In this document: one piece after another, positions 52,727 to 64,000 of the stretch | Layout: each line of letters starts with the position of its first letter | Position numbering within the stretch: position 1 is the first letter of the stretch | From: Oopsacas minuta | Taxonomy: Eukaryota; Animalia; Porifera | DNA length: 64,000 bases | Assembly: GCA_024704765.1 (NCBI GenBank) | Contig: JAKMXF010000222.1 | Span: 992,001 to 1,056,000 of the forward strand | Direction: 5' to 3' | The notes under the pieces: model-generated | Seen by the model: only the letters and a program-made list of their open reading frames with translations | Told to the model about the DNA's origin: nothing | The model's database searches: none | Made by a program: the position numbers and the translations under genes

Positions 52727-54733
52727 ATGGCTGCTTTGTTTCCTGATACTCCTGCGAGTTCTAGTTCGAATTGTTCTTTTTCTGATGATGATAGTGATTA
52801 CTATTCTGAATCAAAACCAGATGTTCCTTTACTTGAATCTAAATATACTATCTCACCTTCTAAAAAATGTGTGAAGGGTTCTTATTCAAAGCAAATTGTT
52901 AAAAATCCTAGAATTGGTGCGAAAAGACCTCAAACTTCTGTCGCAACTACAAATGAGTTTGCGAAACCGTCTTCGAAGAAAAAGAGAATTAGTATTTCAG
53001 GAAAAACTTCTAAGCATGATGATTCTGTTGATCCTGTATGGAAATGGTGGGAAGAAGATCCACTTCCAAATGGTGTTAAATGGAAAACTTTGGAACATGA
53101 AGGGCCTTTGTTTCCACCACCATATGAACCATTACCTATAAGTGTGAAGTTTTATTATGGAGGAGAGCACATTATATTGAGTCCCTTGACAGAGGAAATC
53201 GCTGGATTTTATTCTAGAATGTTAGATCATGATTATACAAAGAGTGATATTTTTAACAAGAATTTCTTTCATGATTGGCGAAAATATATGACAAAAGAAG
53301 AGTCATCAAAGATTACAAATCTTCAAGATTGCGATTTTTCACAACTATGCCAGCATTTCAAATTATTGTCGGAAATGCGAAAATTACTTTCAAAGCAGGA
53401 GAAGCAACAAATGAAAATTGATAATAATATACTTGAAGAAAAATACGGATATTGTGTTATTGATGGTCATAAACAAAAAGTTGGTAACTATCGTATTGAA
53501 CCTCCAGGATTATTTAGAGGGAGGGGAGATCATCCTAAGCAAGGGAGACTAAAGCTTAGGATTCAAGCTGAGGATGTGATTATAAATATTGGTAAAAATG
53601 CAAGAGTACCATCACCTCCAATCTCCCACACATGGAAGAAAGTTCAACACGATGCAAAAGTAACTTGGCTTGCATGTTGGATTGAAAATATCACTGGAAA
53701 CAATAAATACATCATGCTTAATTCAACCTCAAGATTAAAAGGGGAAAAGGATTGGCAAAAATATGAAACTGCTCGTAAATTGAAGAAACATGTTTCTCAT
53801 ATTCGAGAAGATTATTTTGATGGTTTAAAATCTCGGGAGATGTTCATTCGTCAACGTTCAGTGGCCTTATACTTGATTGATCGTCTTGCATTAAGAGCTG
53901 GTAATGAAAAGGATTCGGATGAAGAAGCTGATACCGTTGGATGTTGTTCATTGCGTGTCGAACATGTAAAACTTTATGATGAAATTGATGGCTCAATAAA
54001 TGTTGTTGAATTTGATTTCTTAGGGAAAGATTCGATACGTTACAAAAACAGAGTTCCCATTGATAAGCAAGTTTTCAAAAATATACGATTATTTATCAAG
54101 GATAAGGAACCAAGTGATGAGTTATTCGACCGTCTAACAACAAGTATTCTCAACAAGTATCTCCATGAATTAATGGAAGGATTGACAGCTAAAGTATTTC
54201 GAACATACAATGCTTCAATTACTCTACAGATGCAACTAAATTCTTCGAAGTTATCTGACAATTCCTCGATCCCCGAACGAATGTTAGTTTACAATCGGTC
54301 AAATCGTGCAGTCGCACTCCTTTGTAATCATCAGAGAGCAATACCCAAAAGTTTCTCTAAACAAATGGACAACATTCAGAAGAAAATTGATGAAAAAGAA
54401 GTTGAAATAACTCAGCTACGAAAAGAATATAAAGAGTCAAAAAAATTCTTAAAACAATCTGAGAAATTTTGCAAGAATTCTAATCTTAAAAAAATCAACT
54501 TAAAAATTCACAATCTGGATGAACAGTTACATAAATTAAAAATCCAAGCAACTGATAAGGAAGAAAATAAACAAATTGCTCTTGGAACTTCAAAATTGAA
54601 CTACCTTGATCCAAGAATTTCTGTAGCGTGGTGTAAAAAATATTCTGTTCCCATTGAGAAAGTCTATAATAAAACTTTGAGAGAAAAGTTTGCTTGGGCA
54701 ATGGACATGGCTGACAGAACGTTTGAATTTTAA
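52727..54733 (+). CDS. TOP1: DNA topoisomerase I (type IB), 668 aa, single exon
   Basis: Uninterrupted ORF (first ATG at 52727; the track start at 52709 is TTG). All eukaryotic Top1 landmarks are present: KWKTLEHEGPLF, EPPGLFRGRGDHPK, ALRAGNEK (Arg), FDFLGKDSI (Lys), AKVFRTYNAS (Arg), LCNHQR (His), GTSKLNYLDPRI (catalytic Tyr). Confidence 0.97.
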   Translation: MAALFPDTPASSSSNCSFSDDDSDYYSESKPDVPLLESKYTISPSKKCVKGSYSKQIVKNPRIGAKRPQTSVATTNEFAKPSSKKKRISISGKTSKHDDSVDPVWKWWEEDPLPNGVKWKTLEHEGPLFPPPYEPLPISVKFYYGGEHIILSPLTEEIAGFYSRMLDHDYTKSDIFNKNFFHDWRKYMTKEESSKITNLQDCDFSQLCQHFKLLSEMRKLLSKQEKQQMKIDNNILEEKYGYCVIDGHKQKVGNYRIEPPGLFRGRGDHPKQGRLKLRIQAEDVIINIGKNARVPSPPISHTWKKVQHDAKVTWLACWIENITGNNKYIMLNSTSRLKGEKDWQKYETARKLKKHVSHIREDYFDGLKSREMFIRQRSVALYLIDRLALRAGNEKDSDEEADTVGCCSLRVEHVKLYDEIDGSINVVEFDFLGKDSIRYKNRVPIDKQVFKNIRLFIKDKEPSDELFDRLTTSILNKYLHELMEGLTAKVFRTYNASITLQMQLNSSKLSDNSSIPERMLVYNRSNRAVALLCNHQRAIPKSFSKQMDNIQKKIDEKEVEITQLRKEYKESKKFLKQSEKFCKNSNLKKINLKIHNLDEQLHKLKIQATDKEENKQIALGTSKLNYLDPRISVAWCKKYSVPIEKVYNKTLREKFAWAMDMADRTFEF

Positions 54734-57700
54734 TTTCGTTCCACAAAGATAGTACATGGTTGCTGATACTGTCTTCATTAATTGTCATTGGTTACATTGT
54801 TACTACTATTAGATAATGTTATTACATATTTTTCAATGCGTTGCTCAAATCAGAAAACAATCAAACAATACTAGGTACACTAATATTTCCACTTTGATTT
54901 AATAATACATTGTTCTAAGTCTGATTTTGAATGAATACATTCATAAAAAGATTTCAAATAGGCCTAAATTACTTGAAAATGATGATATCGCGTACCAATG
55001 TGACGTTATACTGAATATGCCCATATATAGACATATTCAAAATAGGGCAATAATTTTTTGAGATAACATGTCAAAATATATTATCAGAGTATGGGAAGTC
55101 GGGCATGTATGTACTATAGTTTGGTTATCTTGATTGACCACCTTAATTACGATATTCGAGTTATCCGCGAATGTTTACAAACAAGTGTAATCCATGGTAT
55201 CAGCTGTTACTCAGGGGCTAACGAAATTTTCATACCAATTTTTGATTTTGTTCTGTTGCGTGTCAGAATTGCTACCAGATTACTAGTAGCAATTCTGAGA
55301 CGTAACAGTACAATAATATCTCGAATATTTCATAGTTTTTTTTATGATCAATATTTTAGGTCTTAGGGCTTCCAAAGTTGGAGCATTTTTTCCAACGTGT
55401 CACTCTATTAGGCAGTAGCATATCGGGAGAAGGGAGGGGGCCTCTGCGCCTGGTCGGCACTTTATCTCTTTAAGCCCCGAATCCATTCAATGGTATCTAT
55501 ATAACATATCCCAAACTTGCTCATCACATCAATCAATGGACATCAGAAATTTTTCTCGGTTGCTACGATCGCTCGCTCGCTGACATTCAATTCCTGTCAT
55601 CGTTGCTTTCTATTCCCTGACATATTTTAGTAGGTGAATTCTAATTTAGTTTGTTCTCCATGAACCAAAGATTTTTATGTATGTCATTCAAAAAAATATA
55701 CTAGTACATAATTCGTTATCCAAGGATTCCCTGGACGCCAAAAATAATTTTGATTTCCGAACTAAAACATAGGAGTGATTCAAACACATTAGACCTGATC
55801 AAAGTTTAATCCCTGTACATTTTGGCTCAATCCCTGGACCTTCCATAGGATCACTGGACGTTTGGCATTTATGATATAATTATGTACGTATGTATTTGGG
55901 TTTGGTAATAACATGAATTCAATTATACTTTCATTGCAATCTATTGTTACCTTGTATATATTTGATTCGCTCCCTAATAAAGATGAAGACTGACCCCCAA
56001 CTATTGTATCCGCATTCTTTGTCCTTTTCTGGCATAAACAGAGTAATTTTAATAGATTCAAATGCTGTAAACTTCGGCCCTCATAAATTATCCCCAAATA
56101 TATCTCGCAAAATGCCCAATAAGGGCGGAATTTTTCAACGTATGCGACTGCGATCACATGACATCTTTTCGACTAGAAATCATTTTAAATGTGAAATGTG
56201 TGACCCATTACATCCTATGGTTCAAAGTTTCAGTGGTGGCACTAACACCATGGGCCAGGGATTGATTGAATACCTCAAAATTCATATATGAAATTATATT
56301 TGTCGTCATGAAAATACATTGGTAGATTCTGCCCCAATTAATTAGGTATAAAACAAATGAAATTTTTAATAAGGAAGCCCGTGTTGAGATTGGGCTAAAT
56401 TTGAAGAACTCTTAAGGAACTGCCCAGCCTGAGGATAGATTTAGAAATTATATGTACGTCCTTAAGGTACTATAATAATTTAATGTCTCTCTTCCCTGTT
56501 ATTATAGTTACACAATGAGTAAGTAAATAATCAATTAACTGAGTAGTGCGAATAGTTCGTAGTGTATTATTTATTAGTATTAAGACGCTGCACGCATGAT
56601 GTGTGAAATGCCTAGTCGTCAAATCGAACGAATTTTCGTTACTTACGATTTCGAATATTTGTCTCAGTCCTAGAATAAATGTAATTTGACAACACACATA
56701 GTCTATATCTACAAAATAATTCCTGGTCGAAATTACGTCACCTGCTTGTTACTTAGCAATTATGTCAAAGAGATGCTCCCATATTAAACTACGTAAATAT
56801 ATACACTTATAGTTTAAAATTTATACCATGCTAAATAAGGATGTTGTCTTGCAAAATATCAAAAATTTCATGATAAAGTTCACACGCCTCAGATATCCAC
56901 TAGCGACCATGGATGTCTTACTTTTGCTAATATTCACCATAACTTGTCTAGCTTAATTTATGGCCATACCAACTTACGCACATATATTATATACCCGACT
57001 TCCCAAACCCTGATTATAAGTTTTGATATGATACCTGCAAAGATCATTGCGCTGTTATCAATAATATCATAAATGGTCATTATCAAGATTAGGTTATGAT
57101 GATCAGAGATATCAAATCAAAAGGTATTTTCAGTACTGTGAAACTAACATCCCGAATATTCGTTTCTTTCAAAAAGAATATTTGTTTGAAAACAATCTTC
57201 TTTTGTTCAAATAATATTCGTACATTCAAATAATATTTTGCTTGACCTAATAGTTTTTAATACTTTCCACATCATTTAATTAAGTTATTTACTTAATTAA
57301 TTCTTTAACCTGTTTAATTCAGTTATGATAGCTTTGTATTCCCATTTAACAAATTCATTCTTATTCCCTTGAACTCTTCATAGTATACAGAGATAAAATA
57401 TGAAATGCTTAGCCATCAAAACGTTGAATATCCGAATATTCATTAGTTACGATTCCGAGTCTTCGTTTCAGTCCTAATTATCAAGGTATGCGAAGATGGA
57501 ATATCTATATACCATACGTTGATTTGGCCATAATATTGAAGGGTAATCGGGAACTTTGTCGCTTGGACACTTCGGCCCCTAATATTTATTCTAACTGAAG
57601 GTATTTTATCAGAGGTGCTAGTCATGTAGTGGGATATTTTATTACTTTAGTTAGGCATTTTCAATTTTATTGGTGTCAAGATTGCTCATGAGTGTTGCTC

Positions 57701-57805
57701 GAATGTCTGACCAGTTCTGGTTGTTGGTTTAGGTCTTTGGGAACAATATCTCGTTGACGAGTAAGACTTTCTCGGATTAGTTTATTTATTGCTTACCATT
57801 TTGTA

Positions 57806-59483
57806 CAGTCAACTCCGCTTATCGGGAAAACCGCTTAATTGGGACAAATCTCCAGTAACGGACTGTTCATACAGAAAAATTCGGTGAATCGGGACAAACT
57901 CTCGTAACCATGTTAAATTTGTAACTCAATGAAGATTAAATTTCTCTGTATCTTTAGGAAATTCTAATAGGCTAGGTAGATTCACAAAATTTTGATAAAT
58001 TTATCAATAATGGGCTGTTGTATGACCATTTACTTAGCATGACGGTTTATTTACCTCTATTACCTGAACCATGGAAATTTTCTTTCCATGGCGGTTTAAT
58101 GCCCTTTCTCTGTTATTTCTATTCTCTCTGGCTTCACAATTTTTAATTCCTATTACACATCTACTTATTCGACTTACATATTATGCATCACGTAAGCAAC
58201 AATTTCGAAGTTATTTATTTCTATTCAGGAATTATTTAGTAACGTTTTATTGATTCCTTATTTGAGAATTATAAATTGATAGATAATACAAACAGGAGAC
58301 TAAAGCCCACCATACACGATGGAACTGTTACATTTAACTTTTGTCTCACGATATCGTGAAATATAACTTGCTCCCTCTGTAAAAAATAAAGCGACAAATT
58401 TCCCCTCGATAAGCATTAACAACCTCTTCACCAATAATGGTTACCAAACTTTCCCAAGTGTAAACGCTCCCCACTTGCTCACCTGTGAGTTCAGTTAACT
58501 TTCTAACAGCTGTAAAAAGATGCTCTTTAACGTTTCCTTGAGTAATTTTAGGCATTTGGTGACTTTAGATTTATTTGAAACAAGAACTGTTTGTATTTAT
58601 ATTAAAGGGGTCACTGGATCGTAGGTACCCCAAGAAACATGTCTAATTAGGAATTCAATCTTAAACAAATGTATCTGAATTCTTTGAAGTGATGTTTCGA
58701 ATTATACCACATTACCACTGTGAATTGAGGTGTTATTTGATGTTCATTAACTATCACATGTCAACAAACTAGAGTTAAGTTAGTCATTGAGTTGGAACCG
58801 AATAGAAGGCTCTCAGAGAGAGTACATTTACATTATTCAAAATATCTTATTCTCTGGTGCAAATCTATATTACTAAATCTTAATTGTTGTCTGTTTGTTT
58901 GTCCGTTGTCAAACACAAACAATCAGAATGCAATTTTGAAATTGTTTATAATTCCCGGATAAGGAAAATCAATAAAAAGTTGTGCTAAATAATTCGTGAA
59001 TAGAATTAAATAACTTTGAAATTGTTGCTTACTTGATGCATAATGTGTAAATCGGAGTAGATGTGTAATAGGAAGTAAAAATTGTGAAGCCATAGAGAAT
59101 AGAAATAATAGAGAAAGGTAAGTAACCCTTCATGGATAGAAAATATCCATGGTCCACGTAATAGAGGTTAGTAAACCGTCATGGTAAGTAAATGGTCATA
59201 CAACAGGGCTAATTTCTACAAATGAATATATTCACTAGTGATTGTAGCAATATTGTTTTCGGAAGGCACTAAATAATTCGCCAATATCAAAGTTCGTACC
59301 TTGGATGAGTATGGCTGCAAAATAGAGATGTTTACTTCCTTTCTGTAGTCTGCAACTGAAATAATAGCTGGGTAATACTGCTATAAAGTATCCTTAACAT
59401 AAGTTTTCCGGTTAAATGGGAACTCCGCTTAATCGTGAGACAAGAGCTGGAACCTATGTGTCCCGATAAAGCGGAGTTGACTG
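57806..59483. mobile_element. Non-autonomous pogo/Tigger-like (Tc1/mariner superfamily) element
   Basis: TIRs CAGTCAACTCCGCTTATCGGGA and TCCCGATAAAGCGGAGTTGACTG (one indel), TA on both sides. No transposase motifs inside. Confidence 0.75.
58012..59209. mobile_element. Long-inverted-repeat element of unknown superfamily, nested in the pogo-like element
   Basis: ~230-bp inverted arms (58012-58243 / 58980-59209, roughly 85% similar by eye), with a possible 4-bp TSD TAAT. Confidence 0.55.
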
Positions 59484-60100
59484 TATTTCTGAATTTTCTC
59501 AAAATTTTGTGCTGGTGCATGCGCCAATACGAAAATCCAGGACTGTCCATAAGCACGTGTACTTTGTACATTTTAATAACTCAAAACACCATGAGAAAAT
59601 ATGTTCACCCTTTTGAATCTATTATGGTAGTTACTAACAAGACTAAACAAAAAAAAAGGTAATTGCCATTCTGAACCCATTTAATTAATAAGTTATGAAT
59701 AACGCTAAATGAACATATTTTGGGGTATATGATACATTAACTGATAATTTGACACTGAAATATCCAATGAATATTCCAAGATTTGAAATTCCCGGAGAGG
59801 AATGTTCGAGCGACAAAATGTCAGAGTGACGAAATATGCGGCGATGAAGTGTACGCCATTTCAATTGAAAATTGTAGAGTTATGGGTGAATATTGGCAAA
59901 AATATGCCATCCATGGTCACTTCAATAACTCTGAATCGTGCGACCTTTTATTCATTTTGTGTGACAAAATCACATTAAATCTATGGCATAAAATTTGAAC
60001 GATATGTATTATTAATTCATTATAGAGTTTTAAAATTGAAGCATTTATTTAACATAATTGTTAATTAATCCAGCAGATGACGTCATTTCGGCTCAGAAAC

Positions 60101-60224
60101 GGGGTGCCTGCATTAGGTCGAATTTACTATGTATGCATTAGGTCGAATTTCGTGTGTTGGCATTAGGTCGAAATTTATATGTATGCATTAGGTCGAATTT
60201 CGTGTGTTGGCATTAGGTCGAATT
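60101..60224 (+). repeat. Left TIR array: five ~25-bp units GCATTAGGTCGAAWTT plus spacer
   Basis: Direct reading; the spacers alternate between an A(C/T)ATGTAT type and CGTGTGTTG. Confidence 0.95.
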
Positions 60225-60373
60225 CTAGTCGCATGTAGTAGGTTTCGTTCAAATGTTTTACTTTGTTACTAATAAAACAATTTTGGTGTTTAATCCATAC
60301 TAACAGTTCCTATTGTTCATTTATTATAAATTGGATGATGATTATAATATGTACATTATTGTGTACGTGCATC

Positions 60374-61972
60374 ATGGAATATTCATTCGACCAATACAAA
60401 CGTAATACTGGAAAAGTTTACACCTCCTCTGATGGCTACAAATACTTCTGTCATAAATCTATAGAAAATATTCTCTACTTAGGATGTGTACTATTCAGGA
60501 AAGGCTGTAAAGGAAGTGCGAAATTGGAAAAGGCTACGAATTTGATTTATCCTAAGTCAGAACATAATCATGGGTTACAAGACTATCGTGCTGAAGTATA
60601 TGCAATTAAAACAAAGTGCAAAACAACATCTCAAACCTCGCAACACAATCTGAGACACATATTCAACGATGTTACGAGATCAAATCCCTCTGCTTCTCAA
60701 GTCACATTTAAAGAATGTGAATCGTCAATGTTTCGGGCAAGGAAAATATTACAACCTATGATCCCACAGTCTGCTAGTGAATTTAGTGAAGTTCTACCCA
60801 CAACAACCTTTGCAGTAAATCATAAGGCTACTGTCATTGTAGATGGTCGGATAGCTGTCATTTTCTTTTCTGACAAATTATACGATCTAGTCGCAGATAT
60901 TACCAATATCCAATTTGACGGGACATTCTACACCGTACCTAAACCATTTTACCAATTGTGAACTCTTTTTCTTACAGTTGGGAGACATGCAATTCCAGCC
61001 ATTCACTGCTTGCTGACTAATAAAGATGATGAGCTATACGTGGCAGTTATACAGAAGATACGAGAACTTGTTCCTCAGCTAGAACCGGATTGCGCAATGT
61101 CAGATTGGGAACAAGCAGCTCGGAATGCTGTCAAGCGAGTTTATCCAGGAATTAGGGTGAACGGGTGCTGGTTCCATTATACGCAAGCTATTTGGAGAAA
61201 AACTCAAAAGTATGGTTTGGCTTCGACTTGCCGAGGAAATTCGGAATGTGCATCATTCGTTAAGAAGATTATGGCAATTCCGTTTCTTCCAGCTGAATTG
61301 ATTCTTCCAATATACAACCTTCTTCAAATTCCAACGTTGCAACAGAGTCAAATGAAGAAACTTGAAGTATTTTTGAATTATTTTGAGAAGCAGTGGCTAA
61401 CTAAAATTGGTCCTGAAGAACTGTCAATCTTTAACCTTAAATATGTAACAAACAATGCAGCAGAAAGTTATCATGGAAAATTAAAGTCCATCATAAAATC
61501 AAGCCATCCAAGAATTTGGAATTTCTTGATTGTCATTAACAATACAATTGCTGACTATGATAATGAAATGGCCCGGATACAGGAAGGAAGAGAGATAACG
61601 AGACCAAGGAAAAAGAAGAACGTAATGAAGAATGAACATCGAAAGCGCTGCAAAGAAAAACTGTTAAGTGGGAGTTACTCTCCCATACAATTTCTCGAAA
61701 GAATTAGTTGCTATATAGGCAATGCTACTTCATTAGAAGACACAATTAATTCAGATGATTCTGATATGTTAGAGGAGCCTGAATCTTTTGGTAGTATTGA
61801 AACAAATAAATGCGTAGTTTGCCTACAAACAAGGAGCAGCACATGGGTATTCATGCCTTGCAGGCATGCAAATTGTTGCACACAGTGTAGCGACACAATT
61901 GATCAACTTCAACAGACTTGTCCAACGTGCAGAGGCATAATTGAAGGCAAATTTCAAATTTTTCTTAATTAA
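60374..61972 (+). pseudogene. FLYWCH-like / MULE transposase / C-terminal RING finger fusion, 532 codons, a single in-frame TGA at 60959-60961
   Basis: The two track ORFs (60263 and 61010) are in the same frame. Motifs YLGC..GCKGSA..HNH, QFDGTFYTVP..YQL*T, MSDWEQA, GCWFHYTQA, TNNAAESYH, and CVVC..FMPCRH..CCTQC..CPTCR. Confidence 0.9.
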
Positions 61973-62099
61973 CATCTCTTATACATTTCACAATGAATAC
62001 CTGGTTAAGTAGTATTTTACACATTTCATATTTCACATTAAATTTCAATTCTCACATTTATTTAGAAATTAATCAATTAATGAATAAGACAATTGGAAT

Positions 62100-62333
62100 T
62101 CGATTTAATGTAAACAATGAAATTCGACCTAATGCATACATATAAAATTCGACCTAATGCCAACACACGAAATTCGACCTAATTCCAACACACGAAATTC
62201 GACCTAATGCATACATATAAATTTCGACCTAATGCATACATATTAAATTCGATACATTTTCAATTCGACCTAATGCCAACACACGGAATTCGACCTAATG
62301 CCAACACCGAAATTCGACCTAATGCAGCGCCCC
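62100..62333 (-). repeat. Right TIR array: eight ~25-bp units AATTCGACCTAATGC plus spacer, and degenerate units
   Basis: Reverse complement of the left array units, with the same two spacer types. Confidence 0.95.
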
Positions 62334-63329
62334 CTCAGAAACACTTCGTAGATATACTATATGCCACGCTTCGCGTGCTAGGTCGCTGTGCGACAGCTTA
62401 GGGCCTAAAGGTTGGCTTATGTATTAGACAGCTATATTTTCTGATGCTTTTGATCGCCACGGAACGGGATATACTCGGATTATGTTCTCGCGGCAAATTT
62501 TTGTGGGAATTTTATTTTGTATTATCCATGGTCCATCCAAATTCCATTTAATGGCCTTCTTGGGGTAAACCTGGAGATTCTATGTCACTTTGGTTAATAA
62601 TCTGGGCCCTTTGTACCTCAGGTATTTAGAAATTCTGAAATCTTAGATTATTTGTAGAGTCATGATGACGTAATAGTCAATGATGAGTTAGCTTTTGGTC
62701 AGGATCAAGAGATCAGGACATTTGTCACATTGAGGGGTACATGTGATTCAAATTTCAAACTTCTATCATGTATATTAGCTAAGCAGTGGTTGATAATCTG
62801 ATTTTTGAAATCCATAAAGGTGACGGCGACCTCATAATTTGGTGAATTTTCGTCCAAGACTCGAATATCTCCCAGCCAGGCCCAAAATACTCCTGTTTAC
62901 CATCAATCAGCCTGAGGGTCCTCATGTTTCTTCAATCAATTCTGGACATACAAACATATATATGGTACAAATAACTTATATATAGCTCAACTATGCTATA
63001 GTACAGTTTTTGTGTTCTAGCTTTTCTATGTTTGAGGATAGGTCATTTTTTAGGCTTAATGAAAGTCACCTTTGGAATGGGGTATAGAGTTTCGGTATTA
63101 CAAAAAACTGTATTTTACTATAGCTTAGCTATATATACGGAATCTGTATATGCTATCGTCCTACTTGAGTACTTGGCGCCGCCAAATTGAGTGAGGTTAT
63201 TCTTATACAAATTTGCGGCCAAATATTATAGTTTACTAAAAAGAATATTTTATAATATCAAAGATATGTTTTATGGTCTGCTAAAAAACATGAATTTTTC
63301 ATTTCTGAAATTGTATGTTGTATCCAGAT

Positions 63330-64000
63330 CTGCTGTTCTCAAACATTTTTCCAGGCCGTGCTAACAATTGTCAATTGACTTCACGACCCTAATTTTCACA
63401 GCACATGTATTTAACAATTAGAGTCAAATAACTTATGCTATGTTTAATATACTTTATTAGTGAGATGGGAGTAGTTGTTTTTCTTTAACTAAAGCCTTAA
63501 TTTTCGACCCCGTGTTTGTGGGTACACAACTAATATCATCTACCTTTAAATTATCCCCACTGTTAGTCTTAATTTGTAACAAAGTTGAAAAACATGATTC
63601 ACAAAGGTAAGTAGTAGGAAAAAGGCAACAGATTTCACAATACTCTTGGTTAGCGTAGGATAGGATCCTCCATTGAGCACCAAAAGAAGTCAATAACCTC
63701 CCTTTCAATTGTTCTCTGGGGTTTACATCATGAATGAGATCTATCAATTCACCCTGTGCCGGATCCTTTTTGTCTGGGATTGCTTGGAGAGATGTAGAAA
63801 ACCACCGTAATTGTGTGTGTTGAAAAGTAGAGTCTGATAGCTACATTCATATCTTTTCAAAGTTTATAGAAAAGCGAGTGTTAATCCCACTCGATTCTTT
63901 CTCTCAATTCCATTCGCTTGACAAAAGTTATCAATCAATACGAATACATCTTATGCTTTTGTAGTTTCAAGTTTGCGACATAGCAAAAACTCTTCCTTGA
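63330..64000 (-). pseudogene. 3' end of a hAT (Buster/Charlie, ZBED5/8-like) element, continuing beyond the window
   Basis: ELIDLIHD...LFPTTYLCESCFSTLLQIKT (dimerisation motif); TIR-like CTGCTGTTCTCAAAC at 63330. Confidence 0.75.

Larger units (their letters stand above)
60101..62333 (+). mobile_element. Mutator-superfamily (Phantom/Foldback-like) transposon with tandem-repeat TIRs
   Basis: Ends GGGGTGCCTGCATTAGGTCG and CGACCTAATGCAGCGCCCC. Exact 9-bp TSD CTCAGAAAC (60092-60100 and 62334-62342). A paralogous empty site lies at 14191-14232. Confidence 0.95.

Noticed and set aside
62100-62333. CRISPR-like look of a constant repeat separated by short spacers (also 60101-60224)
   Set aside because: The spacers are only 8-9 bp and recur in two types. 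The arrays are mutually inverted ends of a eukaryotic MULE with a 9-bp TSD, and there are no cas genes.

Overview
AT-rich invertebrate-animal genomic DNA (species not identifiable from sequence). The window is almost entirely a nested field of cut-and-paste DNA transposons around one clearly intact host gene, an intronless DNA topoisomerase I (52727-54733). Recognisable elements: a P-element/THAP9-type relic split by a hAT; seven hAT elements or remnants; Tc1 (DD34E), mariner (two near-identical copies), maT (DD37D) and a pogo-like MITE; a Chapaev; a Mutator/Phantom-type element; and four Transib/RAG1-like loci. The most notable system is a Transib/RAG1-like transposon present as two ~99% identical inverted copies (22661-25937 and 34301-37864). 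Its ends resemble RSSs: a CACAGTG heptamer plus a nonamer-like motif at a 10 vs 19 bp spacing. It has a 5-bp TSD, a RAG1 NBD-like N-terminal region and no room for RAG2L. Other highlights are a decayed CRESS-DNA-virus-like Rep helicase between the two copies, a nearly intact MULE transposase fused to a C-terminal RING finger inside tandem-repeat TIRs, and a cryptic ~39-bp degenerate repeat family. All protein assignments come from motif recognition by eye; no searches were run.
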